Assembly (NCBI GenBank): GCA_026417575.1
Contig: JAOACZ010000101.1
Span: 48 to 64,047 of the forward strand
DNA: 64,000 nt
Direction: 5' to 3'
Source: a bacterium
Lineage (GTDB): Bacteria > Auribacterota > UBA3054 > JAPLST01
The position numbers and the translations under genes are program-made. Positions 1-9,416 of this stretch are shown one piece after another. Numbering within the stretch: the first letter of the stretch is position 1; each line of letters begins with the position of its first letter. The notes beneath the pieces were generated by a model. That model saw only the letters and a list, made by a program, of their open reading frames with translations, was not told where the DNA came from and made no database searches.

Positions 1-1050
1 TAACGGCACCGCCGAACTCTCCTCCCCCCCCGTGGAAAAGAATAGTGGCGCAATCACACACGCCGCTAACACCATCACACTCGCCACACTCACACCAACG
101 TCGCGCCACGATATGCCCCGTTGCGCCCTCCTCCACGCAAATGCAACCCCTCCCATTGCTCCCACTAACACCACGCCGAGCATGCCAGAGCGCGAGCCGC
201 TTTGCAGTAACGCGTACCCCGCCCCTCCTGTCAACATCAGATAGCCCATCTGGCTCAATCCACCTCTCTCCCACGCCGCCAATCCCCAGAGCGGCATCAG
301 CAGACACATGACCAGCCCCAACGCATTAGGATCACTCAGCCCCCCGCTCACACGCCCGCTTTCCCGCCACGCCGGCTCGTGTAATAAGCAAAACCCTGGT
401 TCAAAATAGCTTTGATATAGGACAATCCCGAGCACAACCACAAATCCCACGCCCCATACTCTCATCACCCATCTCCAGCGCTGTGCGCGCATCTGCTCAT
501 CTTCCACTAATATTCCGTAACTCACCCATAGCAGCACTGGTAGCTGAATGTCACGCAGCGTGGCAAGCACTCCCACCCGCACCGCCGTCGCTGCATCGAG
601 CTCACCCGTCACATTCGCCCACACATTCCGAAACGGCTCCCCCGTGAGAAGACAAAAATCAGCATACCGCAACCCCGTAACTACACCCGAACTTAATGTC
701 ACTAATAGCAGCAAGATTGTGGGCACCCTTAAACCCTCCGGCAACCACGCCGGCTTCCGCGTTACCATCCGGTTTGCCCACCACCCCAACCCGCACGCCA
801 GAGTCACAAATATCAACGCTTCATGTGCCCCAAACGCTAACGCGCGCGACGGCATGTTCGCGAGCGGCAGTAACCCCACCGTATACATCCACCCAAGCCG
901 CGGCCACCAGTACGTAAGCACCCCACTCGCCATCGCAGCCCCCAGAAAGAAAAACCGGTACACAAAATGCGGTGGCGCCAGTAGAATCGCCATGACCACC
1001 CAGCACCCAACCCCCCCCAGCCATACTACTATGCTTATCGCCCGCCGCAT
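1..1050 (-). CDS. O-antigen ligase/polymerase-like (Wzy_C-type) polytopic membrane protein; C-terminal part lies outside the window
   Basis: Own minus-strand translation; absent from the ORF track because there is no stop inside the window. ATG 1048-1050 is preceded by an in-frame TAG. Sequence reads MRRAISIVVWLGGVGCWVVMAILLAPPHFVYRFFFLG...LLQSGSRSGMLGVVLVGAMGG. Many hydrophobic spans. Lies 16 nt downstream of the sugar-transferase gene on the same strand. Confidence 0.55.
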   Translation of the reverse strand, partial: MRRAISIVVWLGGVGCWVVMAILLAPPHFVYRFFFLGAAMASGVLTYWWPRLGWMYTVGLLPLANMPSRALAFGAHEALIFVTLACGLGWWANRMVTRKPAWLPEGLRVPTILLLLVTLSSGVVTGLRYADFCLLTGEPFRNVWANVTGELDAATAVRVGVLATLRDIQLPVLLWVSYGILVEDEQMRAQRWRWVMRVWGVGFVVVLGIVLYQSYFEPGFCLLHEPAWRESGRVSGGLSDPNALGLVMCLLMPLWGLAAWERGGLSQMGYLMLTGGAGYALLQSGSRSGMLGVVLVGAMGGVAFAWRRAQRGISWRDVGVSVASVMVLAACVIAPLFFSTGGEESSAVPL

Positions 1051-1066
1051 GACCGCCTACTCCCAC

Positions 1067-2524
1067 CTAAATCCCGCGAAAAGCAAGGAAAATCGTCTGT
1101 ACCAAAATCACAATGTCCAAAAGCAACGACTGCTCATGTATGTAATACAAATCATAATCAATGTTCTCATGAATCGCTAACCGCCGATCCGCACTCAACT
1201 GCCACAAACCCGTAATCCCCGGCTTCACCTTCAGTCGTTCGCGATGCAAATCATTGTATTGCTCCACTATAAATGGCATCTCTGGCCGCGGCCCCACCAG
1301 CGACATATCTCCCTTTAATACGTTGACCAACTGCGGCAACTCGTCCAAACTCGTCCGCCGGAGCCACCGCCCTAACCGCGTGATCCGCGGGTCCGTTGAC
1401 TCCAACGGCGTCCGCTCATACTTGCCCACGTGCGCGTACATCGTCCGAAACTTGTACATGCGAAAAGGCACCCCGTTCATTCCAATCCGCGTGTGGACAA
1501 AAAACACCGGACCCTTACTGTCAAGCCGTATCGCCAGCGCAATAACCCCAATGAACGGTGCCATGATGATCAGTGCCAGCGCACTCAGCACCACATCCAT
1601 TAGACGCTTCAACGCCAAATACACCACGCGGCGCGACGTCTCCCGCAACCCAATGACGGGAATCCCCACTAAATCCCGCGTGATCGTACGCTGAAACGCC
1701 AACTCAAATACATTCGGTACAAATTGAAACCGTATGCCTCCCGCCAGACAGTCATTGACAATCCGAAACATCTGGTCCGCAGTTGCGTTCGGCAGCGCAA
1801 TCAAAACCTCATCCGCCTGCTGCTGAATCACATGCCGTTGTAACTGCTCCCCAGTGCCCAACACCGGCAGGCTCCGTCGCCGGGCAGGGTCATATGTTAC
1901 CTGCGTGTTCGTCCGCGCTGGTTCATCATCAATAAACCCTACCGGACTTAACCCAAATGCGGGAAACTCCGCCAGCCGCTTCGCCACTGCACGTCCCACC
2001 CCACCCGCACCATAAATCAGCACCCGCCGCGCACCAATCCCGCGCCGGTGTAACGCGTACTGAATCTGATTGAATAACGCCCGCCCCATCATGATCCCCA
2101 GCACGCTCAACGTGCACGCATACGCAAAAATTCGCCGCGAAAATAATTTCCTTGTCCCAGGTACGTACGCAATCCACCAGTAATACCCCGCAAGAAAAAT
2201 CACTACCGCAACAATAAACCCTATCACCACACGCCGGTACTCCTTCACATGCAAAATGCTCGTGTCATCTTCGTACAGTCGCATGAACGCATACACTAGC
2301 ACCACCAACACCCCCAACCCCATCGCGATCGTCAAATAGTGATATTCCGGCGACGGAATAAAATACAGCTTCGGTGACAATTCCGGATTGTACACTGCCC
2401 ATATGCGCGGTTTGTCCAAGAAATATATCTGGTAGCCGAAGTAAAACGAAACGTACACCACGCCAAAATCAATCACTACGCGCAGCGCATGCAGTAGAGG
2501 CAGGATTATCTGACGTTTCGTCAT
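1067..2524 (-). CDS. Polyprenyl-phosphate glycosyl-1-phosphate transferase (WbaP/EpsB-like initiating sugar transferase)
   Basis: 485-aa ORF. N-terminal TM segments, a GAGGVG Rossmann-like region and a C-terminal Bac_transf signature (KRLMDVVLSALALIIMAPF, SKGPVFF, MYKFRTM, DPRITRLGRWLRRTSLDELPQLVNVLKGDMSLVGPRP). Confidence 0.85.
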   Translation of the reverse strand: MTKRQIILPLLHALRVVIDFGVVYVSFYFGYQIYFLDKPRIWAVYNPELSPKLYFIPSPEYHYLTIAMGLGVLVVLVYAFMRLYEDDTSILHVKEYRRVVIGFIVAVVIFLAGYYWWIAYVPGTRKLFSRRIFAYACTLSVLGIMMGRALFNQIQYALHRRGIGARRVLIYGAGGVGRAVAKRLAEFPAFGLSPVGFIDDEPARTNTQVTYDPARRRSLPVLGTGEQLQRHVIQQQADEVLIALPNATADQMFRIVNDCLAGGIRFQFVPNVFELAFQRTITRDLVGIPVIGLRETSRRVVYLALKRLMDVVLSALALIIMAPFIGVIALAIRLDSKGPVFFVHTRIGMNGVPFRMYKFRTMYAHVGKYERTPLESTDPRITRLGRWLRRTSLDELPQLVNVLKGDMSLVGPRPEMPFIVEQYNDLHRERLKVKPGITGLWQLSADRRLAIHENIDYDLYYIHEQSLLLDIVILVQTIFLAFRGI

Positions 2525-3585
2525 CCCCGTTGTTCCCCTCCGTTATCCATGTCCAATCCGCTCCTCTCCCCCCACTCCTCCGTTTTCTCTACCAGCTCTT
2601 TCGCCGCCACACGTGTCCCAGGAACCACCCAACAGCCAAATCCCGCCAACGCCATCGTCAGCATCGTCAACCGCAGCAACAACATAAACGCAATCCCTGC
2701 CGCCCCTCCCCCAGACCCCAATACTTGCTTGAAACACCACGCCGCCGCACCCTCCGTGACCCCAAGCCCACTCGGCGTGACCGGAATCGTTAACACCAGC
2801 GTCACCACCGGAAAAATCACAAAATACAAATGCCACGCCATCTGCAAGCTCAACGCCCGCCCAAAACACCACGCAATCACACACATGATCAACTGCAAGG
2901 CCACCGACTCCACTAATGCTAACAGGGCCACAGCCTTGTGGCTCCGATACTCGTAAAGCGCCCGCACCATCTGCCGAATCAGCCGGGGCGTGTAGCGGTC
3001 AACCACTGCCCACCAGCTATATCGTTTCCAGTAGTTCTTTGTCATCAGAAGGGCCACCCCTGCCACTGCCGCTCCCAATAACCCGCACGTTAACGGTAAA
3101 AATTGCCGAAACGCAGGCGATGTCTTCAGCGTCAATATCAGCGCCACCGCAGCAATCAGAACTACCGCCAATAAACCCATCACCCGATCCAGCAAAATCG
3201 CCGTCACTACTACAGCCCCTCGCCCCGGCGCCTCCCGCGCTACGTAAAATACCTTCACTACATCCCCACCAGTTCCTCCCGGAAAAGCCAGGTTGAAAAA
3301 ATACCCAATACAGTTGTACTTCAACGTACGCCAGTACCCTAACCGCACCTGCAGCGCTCGCAGCAGAATCTGCAAACGATGATTCCCTATTGCAATCACT
3401 ACCCATTGCAGCGCCACCGCCACTACGAACCACCACCACTGCAAGGCAACCAGGCGAGCCCGCACATCCCGCCAGTCCACCTGCCAAATCACCACCGCCA
3501 ACAATACCACCGCCAGGACAATCTTCACACCGTTGATAAGCGGTTTGTTTCGCCACACGCGCCGGGCCCTTTCCTTCATCCTCAT
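2521..3585 (-). CDS. Flippase-like / lysylphosphatidylglycerol-synthase TM-region family membrane protein (UPF0104-like)
   Basis: 354-aa polytopic ORF (KIVLAVVLLAVVIWQVDWRDV..., GGTGGDVVKVFY). 4-nt overlap with the sugar-transferase gene. Confidence 0.6.
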   Translation of the reverse strand: MRMKERARRVWRNKPLINGVKIVLAVVLLAVVIWQVDWRDVRARLVALQWWWFVVAVALQWVVIAIGNHRLQILLRALQVRLGYWRTLKYNCIGYFFNLAFPGGTGGDVVKVFYVAREAPGRGAVVVTAILLDRVMGLLAVVLIAAVALILTLKTSPAFRQFLPLTCGLLGAAVAGVALLMTKNYWKRYSWWAVVDRYTPRLIRQMVRALYEYRSHKAVALLALVESVALQLIMCVIAWCFGRALSLQMAWHLYFVIFPVVTLVLTIPVTPSGLGVTEGAAAWCFKQVLGSGGGAAGIAFMLLLRLTMLTMALAGFGCWVVPGTRVAAKELVEKTEEWGERSGLDMDNGGEQRG

Positions 3586-3594
3586 GCCGCCCTC

Positions 3595-4620
3595 CTACGC
3601 GACATGTACACATGTCATATCAGCTAAAATAGCCCCAGGTACATTTGTCCCCTTCACCGCGATATCCACGTACATTAACCACCGCAACGTTCGCGCCAGC
3701 CGCTCGTCACGGATCTGTCGCAGTCGCTCCTCCACTGCACGATGCGCAGGATTACTGTAACTGAGCCGAAATTCTCCCCAGCGCTGGTACAACGTCCCTT
3801 CCCGTGCCGCCGCGCAGGCCGCGGGCAGCCGGCTCAGCGCGCTCGCAACAATGGTACATTCATAAACTGCATCCATGCCACCCGCACGCAACTCCTGGAG
3901 CGCAACTAACGCCTTCCCTACCTCTCCCCGCAGCAGCCGATCGGCAACCTCCCACTCGTTCCTCATCGCCGTGTCCACACACACCGCCATAACATCTTCT
4001 TCCTCCACCTGACCGCGCTCCCCCACATACATGCACACTTTCTCCACCTCTAATCCCAACGCCCGCGCGTCTCCACCACTCAGCTCCCGTAACAATGCCG
4101 CTGCCCCATTCGTCATGCGTTTCCCAAAGTGCACCCGCGCCGCCTCCACCGGGTCGCACCCCTCCTCCGGCGCACATTCCACCACTACCCCGCTTGCCCC
4201 CATCTGCCGCGCAAATCTCGTCCGTTTGTCCAGTTCACCGCACATGAGCACAACCACCACATCCTTGCGCGCCTGCTCAAGCAGTACCACCACATGCTCC
4301 CCTACCACCTCCAATTCCGACGCCGGAAGCGCGTCCGCGTGCTTCACCACCACAAGCCGCACCCCGCCCAGAAACGGTACCGTTTCCATCGCCGCTATAA
4401 TCTCTCCGCTCGTCACCCCCTCCCTTTCGGCGTCCAGTACTTCGTAGTTGAACTCCTCCGTCTCTGCCGTCAGTACAGCCTCCCGGAGTGCACGAACAAC
4501 CTGTTCTTGCCCCAGCGTGTTTTCTCCCGTCAACACATACACACTTAACACATTGCCACGCCGCACCTGTTCCACCACTGCGGCGGGCGTCAGGTGGCCT
4601 GATCCACGCGCCCTTTTCAT
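3595..4620 (-). CDS. holA: DNA polymerase III delta subunit
   Basis: 341-aa ORF with a typical HolA N-terminus (VYVLTGENTLGQEQVVRALREAV) and length. ATGA overlap with the gcvPB stop. Confidence 0.75.
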   Translation of the reverse strand: MKRARGSGHLTPAAVVEQVRRGNVLSVYVLTGENTLGQEQVVRALREAVLTAETEEFNYEVLDAEREGVTSGEIIAAMETVPFLGGVRLVVVKHADALPASELEVVGEHVVVLLEQARKDVVVVLMCGELDKRTRFARQMGASGVVVECAPEEGCDPVEAARVHFGKRMTNGAAALLRELSGGDARALGLEVEKVCMYVGERGQVEEEDVMAVCVDTAMRNEWEVADRLLRGEVGKALVALQELRAGGMDAVYECTIVASALSRLPAACAAAREGTLYQRWGEFRLSYSNPAHRAVEERLRQIRDERLARTLRWLMYVDIAVKGTNVPGAILADMTCVHVA

Positions 4621-6062
4621 GCCGTCAAGATCATTTCCCGTGCGGCCGCCGCCTCATCCAGTCGCCCAACAGGTGTCGTCACCGGGGCCGCGTGCAGCCG
4701 CGCAGGTTCTGTTTCCGCCAACTCCGCAATCTCCTCCATCGCCGCAATAAACGCATCCAGCGTCTCCTTGCTCTCCGTCTCCGTTGGCTCGATCATCAGC
4801 GCCTCATGCACGATCAACGGAAAATATACCGTCGGCGCATGAAACCCACGGTCCAATAGAGCCTTCGCAATGTCCAAGGCCCGCACGCCATGTCGCTCTT
4901 GCCGCCTCGCCGAAATCACACACTCATGCATGCACATCCGGTCATACGGCGTCTCGTATTTCTCTCGTAACTTCACCCGCACATAGTTCGCATTCAACAC
5001 CGCATGCGTACTCACCTCCCGCAATCCCTCTGCTCCTAACATCCGCAAATACGCGTACGCCCTGAGCAACACACCAAAATTTCCATAAAACGGCGCAATG
5101 TACCCAATACTCTGTGGCGCTTCATAGTCCAGCGCGTATGTCCCATCGTCCCGCTTGATCACTCGTGAAATAGGCAAAAATGGGCGCAACTTCTCCACTA
5201 CACCTACCGCCCCCGCCCCTGGCCCTCCCCCGCCATGCGGCGTCGCAAACGTCTTGTGCAAATTCAAATGCACCACGTCAAACCCCAAATCCCCTGGCCG
5301 CACCCGTCCCACAAATGCATTCATGTTCGCCCCGTCGCAGTACATCAGCCCGTCCACCTCATGTACCAACCTGCATATCGTTTGTACGTGCTTCTCAAAT
5401 AACCCCAGCGTGTTGGGCGCCGTCAGCATCACCCCCGCGACGTCATCGCTCAGCTCCTTCTCCAACGCCTTCAAATCCATGCACCCTTCCCCATCGCTCG
5501 GAATCGGCGTCACACCGTATCCCGCTATCGCCGCCGTCGCCGGATTCGTCCCGTGCGCGCTGTCCGGAATGAGAAACCTCTTCTTGTCATTTCCTCGCGC
5601 TGCATGATATGCCGCAATAATCATCGCTCCCGTCAGCTCCCCATTCGCCCCCGCCATCGGCTGCAACGTCATCTCTGCCATCCCTGTCACTTCCGCCAGC
5701 ATCCGCTCCAACTCGTACAGCACCTTCAACGCTCCCTGCGTCAACATCCCGCCATTTCGCAACTGCGGTAACAACGGATGCAACTTCGCAAATCCGTCCA
5801 GCCGCGCCACTTTCTCACACACCTTCGGGTTGTACTTCATCGTGCACGAACCCAGCGGATAATAGTTCGTGTCCACCGAAAAATTCAACCGCGATAAGTT
5901 CGTATAATGCCGAATGACATCCAATTCTGATACCTCCGGCAGCGCTGCCGGCTCCTTCCGCCGCAACCGTGCGGGTATGCGCGCCTTTGCTCGCGGCACC
6001 GAACATTCTGGCACCCGCACCCCCCGCCGCCCCGGCCGCGATTGCTCGTAAATCAACTTCAT
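4617..6062 (-). CDS. gcvPB: Glycine dehydrogenase (decarboxylating) subunit 2
   Basis: 481 aa. MKLIYEQS...LPEVSELDVIRHYTNLSRLNFSVD...HLNLHKTF.TPHGGGGPG (PLP-lysine region). Confidence 0.92.
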   Translation of the reverse strand: MKLIYEQSRPGRRGVRVPECSVPRAKARIPARLRRKEPAALPEVSELDVIRHYTNLSRLNFSVDTNYYPLGSCTMKYNPKVCEKVARLDGFAKLHPLLPQLRNGGMLTQGALKVLYELERMLAEVTGMAEMTLQPMAGANGELTGAMIIAAYHAARGNDKKRFLIPDSAHGTNPATAAIAGYGVTPIPSDGEGCMDLKALEKELSDDVAGVMLTAPNTLGLFEKHVQTICRLVHEVDGLMYCDGANMNAFVGRVRPGDLGFDVVHLNLHKTFATPHGGGGPGAGAVGVVEKLRPFLPISRVIKRDDGTYALDYEAPQSIGYIAPFYGNFGVLLRAYAYLRMLGAEGLREVSTHAVLNANYVRVKLREKYETPYDRMCMHECVISARRQERHGVRALDIAKALLDRGFHAPTVYFPLIVHEALMIEPTETESKETLDAFIAAMEEIAELAETEPARLHAAPVTTPVGRLDEAAAAREMILTA

Positions 6063-6122
6063 TTCTTTGCTCCTCTTCTGCGTAGTTCTTCTCGCCTACG
6101 CTCCCGCGGCTCCCCACCTCCC

Positions 6123-7463
6123 CTAAACCACCGCCTCCAGTGCCGCTGCCAGGCGATCTATCTCCTCCTTCGTCCGCATCTCTGTCACCGCCACTAACGC
6201 CACATTCTCCATCCCCGGATAATAGCGCCCAACCGGAAATCCCGCCGCAAACCCGCGATCAATCAAATCACCAATTACATCACGCGCATCCCGCGGTAAC
6301 GTAATACAAAACTCGTTGAAAAAAATTGCCTTGAACGTCCGCGTCACCCCAGGAATCGCTGTCAGACGCTCATGCGCATAGCTCGCATTGTCCGCACACA
6401 GCTCCGCTACCTCAATGAGCCCCTGCTTTCCCAATAACGCCAGATACACACCTGCCGCCAACGCACACAAATTCTGATTCGTACAAATGTTCGACGTCGC
6501 CTTCTCCCGTCGAATGTGCTGCTCACGCGCCTGCAACGTTAACACAAATCCCCGCCGCCCCTGCGCGTCCCGCGTCATCCCCACAATCCGCCCCGGCATC
6601 TTCCGCACCAAACTCTTTCGCGTCGCCATAAACCCTAAATACGGCCCGCCAAAGCTCAATGGAATCCCCAAACTCTGCCCCTCCCCCACGACAATATCCG
6701 CTCCCATCTCTCCAGGCGTCTTCACTATCGCGAGCGAAATCGGATACACACTCATAATCGCTAGCGCCCCCACCCCATGGGCTCGCTCAATGATCCCTGT
6801 GTAGTCTTCTATGCACCCAAAAAAATTCGGATTCTGAAGCACTATCGCCGCCACACGATCGTCCAGTGCCGCACTCATCGCCTCCTGGTCCAGCACGCCA
6901 TTCCGCGCCGGAATCTCCTCCTGCGCTATCCGCAACTTCGCACTATACGTGTGCAGCATCTTGCGATAAATCGGACTCACCGCCTGATCAATCAATACCC
7001 GCGACCGCCCCGTGCAACGCGCCGCCATTGTCATCGCTTCAAAAATCGCTGTCCCCCCGTCATACAGTGACGCATTCGCCACTTCCATCCCCGTCAACCG
7101 ACAAATACCCGTCTGAAATTCAAATGCCGCTTGCAACGTCCCCTGCGACACCTCCGGCTGATACGGCGTGTACGCCGTGTAAAACTCGCCACGCTGCAGG
7201 ATCGCGTCCACTGCCGCAGGCACATAATGATCGTAAAAACCTCCGCCTAAAAAACACACCAGATCCGTTCGATTCCGCCGCGCCAATGCCCGTAACATGC
7301 GCTCCACTTCGATCTCTGGCATCCCCTCGGGCAAGTTCAGTCGCTCGACCTGCACCTCGCGCGGAATCTCGCCAAAAAGCTCCTCGACACTCTCAATCCC
7401 AATCGCACGCAGCATCTCTGCGCGCTCCTCCTCAACGTGCGGTACGTACGTCGTGTGTCCCAT
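6123..7463 (-). CDS. gcvPA: Glycine dehydrogenase (decarboxylating) subunit 1
   Basis: 446 aa. YVPHVEEERAEMLRAIGIESVEELF...FLGGGFYDHYVPAAVD...YTPYQPEVSQGTLQA. Confidence 0.92.
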   Translation of the reverse strand: MGHTTYVPHVEEERAEMLRAIGIESVEELFGEIPREVQVERLNLPEGMPEIEVERMLRALARRNRTDLVCFLGGGFYDHYVPAAVDAILQRGEFYTAYTPYQPEVSQGTLQAAFEFQTGICRLTGMEVANASLYDGGTAIFEAMTMAARCTGRSRVLIDQAVSPIYRKMLHTYSAKLRIAQEEIPARNGVLDQEAMSAALDDRVAAIVLQNPNFFGCIEDYTGIIERAHGVGALAIMSVYPISLAIVKTPGEMGADIVVGEGQSLGIPLSFGGPYLGFMATRKSLVRKMPGRIVGMTRDAQGRRGFVLTLQAREQHIRREKATSNICTNQNLCALAAGVYLALLGKQGLIEVAELCADNASYAHERLTAIPGVTRTFKAIFFNEFCITLPRDARDVIGDLIDRGFAAGFPVGRYYPGMENVALVAVTEMRTKEEIDRLAAALEAVV

Positions 7464-7849
7464 TACTGCCGCTCCAGCAACGCGCGATACTCCGCAGCGC
7501 TTAATAATCGTGCCTTCTCTCCCTCATCCACTCCACTCAACACACACAACCACCCCCCTCCGTACGGATCTTTGTTGATCAGCTCTGGCGCATCCGCAAG
7601 TGCCGTGTTCACCTCCCCTACCGTCCCACTCACTGGCGCGTAGACGTCACTCGCAGCCTTCACTGATTCAATCACCATAAGTTCAGCCCCCTGCGTCACC
7701 TGCTTCCCCACCCCCGGCAAATCCACATACGTGATGTCCCCCAACTCATGCTGAGCATGATCCGTTATCCCCATGCGCGCTCGGCCTCCCCCCTCAAATC
7801 TTACCCATTCATGCTCCTTCGTGTACCACAACTCCTCTGGCACGTGCAT
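7463..7849 (-). CDS. gcvH: Glycine cleavage system H protein
   Basis: Internal ATG (M49 of the 176-aa track ORF) gives a 128-aa protein, MHVPEELWYTKEHEWVRFEGG...ESVKAASDVYAPVSG (lipoyl-lysine motif). GAGGGGAG RBS upstream. 1-nt TAATG overlap with gcvPA. Confidence 0.88.
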   Translation of the reverse strand: MHVPEELWYTKEHEWVRFEGGGRARMGITDHAQHELGDITYVDLPGVGKQVTQGAELMVIESVKAASDVYAPVSGTVGEVNTALADAPELINKDPYGGGWLCVLSGVDEGEKARLLSAAEYRALLERQ

Positions 7850-7890
7850 ATGCGCTCCCCTCGCTGGGTTACTTGTTGCAATTGCGTAAA

Positions 7891-7919
7891 ATTCTACCAT
7901 TCTTCTCATCGAAAAGCAA
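7891..7919 (-). promoter_or_regulatory. sigma70-type promoter candidate for the gcvH operon (TTGCTT-N17-TAGAAT)
   Basis: On the minus strand: TTGCTT (7919-7914), 17-nt spacer, TAGAAT (7896-7891), 41 nt before the gcvH ATG. Confidence 0.5.
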
Positions 7920-7958
7920 TTGCTTTCACACGTCGCCACGCTTATTCTCAACGAGTCT

Positions 7959-7987
7959 TTGACTTGCTCACGTAGCTCTGATACAAT
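7959..7987 (+). promoter_or_regulatory. sigma70-type promoter candidate for apbE (TTGACT-N17-TACAAT); predicted TSS falls on the GTG start
   Basis: TTGACT 7959-7964, 17-nt spacer, TACAAT 7982-7987, then 6 nt to GTG at 7994. No Shine-Dalgarno sequence. Confidence 0.5.
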
Positions 7988-7993
7988 TCTCAC

Positions 7994-9025
7994 GTGAAGC
8001 GTGCGCGCTTTCTACCCATCGTCGTGGCTTCTTTGCTGGTACTGGCCGCCTGCAGCCGGCAGCAAAAATTTACCGCGCAGCGCTTCCAAATGGCCACCCG
8101 TGTGGAAATTCAAATTCTTGCCTCACCCCGCGACGCCACCCGCGTTCACACTGCACTCCAGGACGCCTTCGCTGCCATCGACGCTGTTGAGCAACAGCTA
8201 AGTTGGTTCCGTACCAATAATGACCTCGCCCGCATCCGCCTCGCCCCCCCTGGTACCATTCTCTTCCTCACCAACTGGACCTGGCAAGCCTTGCTCCTCG
8301 CGCGCGACCTCTACAACAAAACCGCAGGACACTACGATGTTGCCGCCGGCCCCCTCATCCGTGCCTGGGGCTTCGGCCCCGGTAAGACAAATCGCATCCC
8401 TGATGAAGCCGAACTCGCTGCCGCCCGCGCTCGCAGCGGTATGGACAAGCTGATCCTCCTTCCCCACCTCTGCGCTGTCAGTACCTCTGTCGCCGGCGTT
8501 GATATCGATCTCAGCTCCCTCGCCGCCGGCTTCGCCGTTGACCGCGCGGCCGAACGCCTCCTCGCCCATGGATTCTCCAACTTCCTCGTCAACGGCGGAG
8601 GCGAAATCCGCGTCTCCTCTACCGGCGCCAAGCGCTGGCGCATCGGCATCCAAGTCCCCGATGAACACGCCCCCGACAACCTCTATCTGCGCGATCGCAT
8701 CCTCGCTCTTCGCCACGGTGCCGTCTCCACCTCCGGCAGCTATCGCAACTTCCACCGCGCCGGAACAAATGTCTTCATTCACCTCATCAACCCTCGCAGC
8801 GGCCGCCCACTGCACACCTCCACTGTCAGTGTCACCACCTGGGCCGACTCCTGCGCCCGCGCCGACGCTTGGTCAACTGCCCTCTTCTGTCTGCCCGTCT
8901 CTCAAGCCCTCGCCCTCGTCGAACTCGAGCCCCAGCTCGAATGCCTCATTCTTGAAGCACCCACTAACTCTCTCTCCGGCTACCGCTTCTCCTCCTCTTC
9001 GGGTTTCCGCCACCTCACCGAGTGA
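7994..9025 (+). CDS. apbE: FAD:protein FMN transferase (ApbE family) lipoprotein
   Basis: 343 aa. Lipobox LLVLAAC|S after a basic N-terminus. ApbE-like body (...GHYDVAAGPL...LVNGGGEIRV...AVSTSGSYRNF...). Confidence 0.8.
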   Translation: MKRARFLPIVVASLLVLAACSRQQKFTAQRFQMATRVEIQILASPRDATRVHTALQDAFAAIDAVEQQLSWFRTNNDLARIRLAPPGTILFLTNWTWQALLLARDLYNKTAGHYDVAAGPLIRAWGFGPGKTNRIPDEAELAAARARSGMDKLILLPHLCAVSTSVAGVDIDLSSLAAGFAVDRAAERLLAHGFSNFLVNGGGEIRVSSTGAKRWRIGIQVPDEHAPDNLYLRDRILALRHGAVSTSGSYRNFHRAGTNVFIHLINPRSGRPLHTSTVSVTTWADSCARADAWSTALFCLPVSQALALVELEPQLECLILEAPTNSLSGYRFSSSSGFRHLTE

Positions 9026-9281
9026 CCCCCCCTTTTTCCCTTCCAACACGTACTCTTGCGCAACTCACGCCCGAGCAGACTTGCACCACGCTGCGCTCAT
9101 AAGCCACCCTACCACCCCGCGCACGCACCCTTCAACTGTTCCACACAGATCGCCGCCACACTACGCGCTGCAATTTATCTTGATCCCCTGCGCTGTCAAT
9201 ACCCTAACATGCCGATACGACCGCGCGATCGGAATGCGTGTCTGAGGCTTTCACACCTCATCGCATGCCTAGAATATTGCT

Positions 9282-9310
9282 TTGGCAGCTCCCAGGGCTT
9301 TTGTTATAAT
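9282..9310 (+). promoter_or_regulatory. sigma70-type promoter candidate for tRNA-Ser (TTGGCA-N17-TATAAT)
   Basis: TTGGCA 9282-9287, TATAAT 9305-9310, 16 nt before the tRNA 5' end. Confidence 0.55.
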
Positions 9311-9326
9311 ACTAACCGCACAAGCC

Positions 9327-9416
9327 GGAGAGATGCCAGAGTGGTCGAATGGGCCGGTTTCGAAAACCGGTAGGCTCGCAAGGGTCTCCAGGGTTCGAAT
9401 CCCTGTCTCTCCGCCA
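9327..9416 (+). tRNA. tRNA-Ser (anticodon CGA), long variable arm, encoded CCA
   Basis: Hand-folded. Acceptor GGAGAGA/TCTCTCC, anticodon stem CCGGT/ACCGG with loop TTCGAAA, long extra arm, T-loop GGTTCGAATCC, 3' GCCA. Confidence 0.9.

Noticed and set aside
32-1180. Plus-strand ORFs 32-244, 45-311, 548-1180 and 696-917, plus minus-strand ORF 821-1066.
   Set aside because: Low-complexity Pro/Thr/Ser/Ala translations. The real gene is the minus-strand Wzy-like ORF (1-1050), which is missing from the track only because it has no stop inside the window.
7850-7993. Possible glycine riboswitch upstream of gcvH.
   Set aside because: The promoter-to-ATG leader is only about 41 nt. I could not find the conserved GGAGAG...CACCG...GGGCAA-type glycine aptamer elements on either strand.
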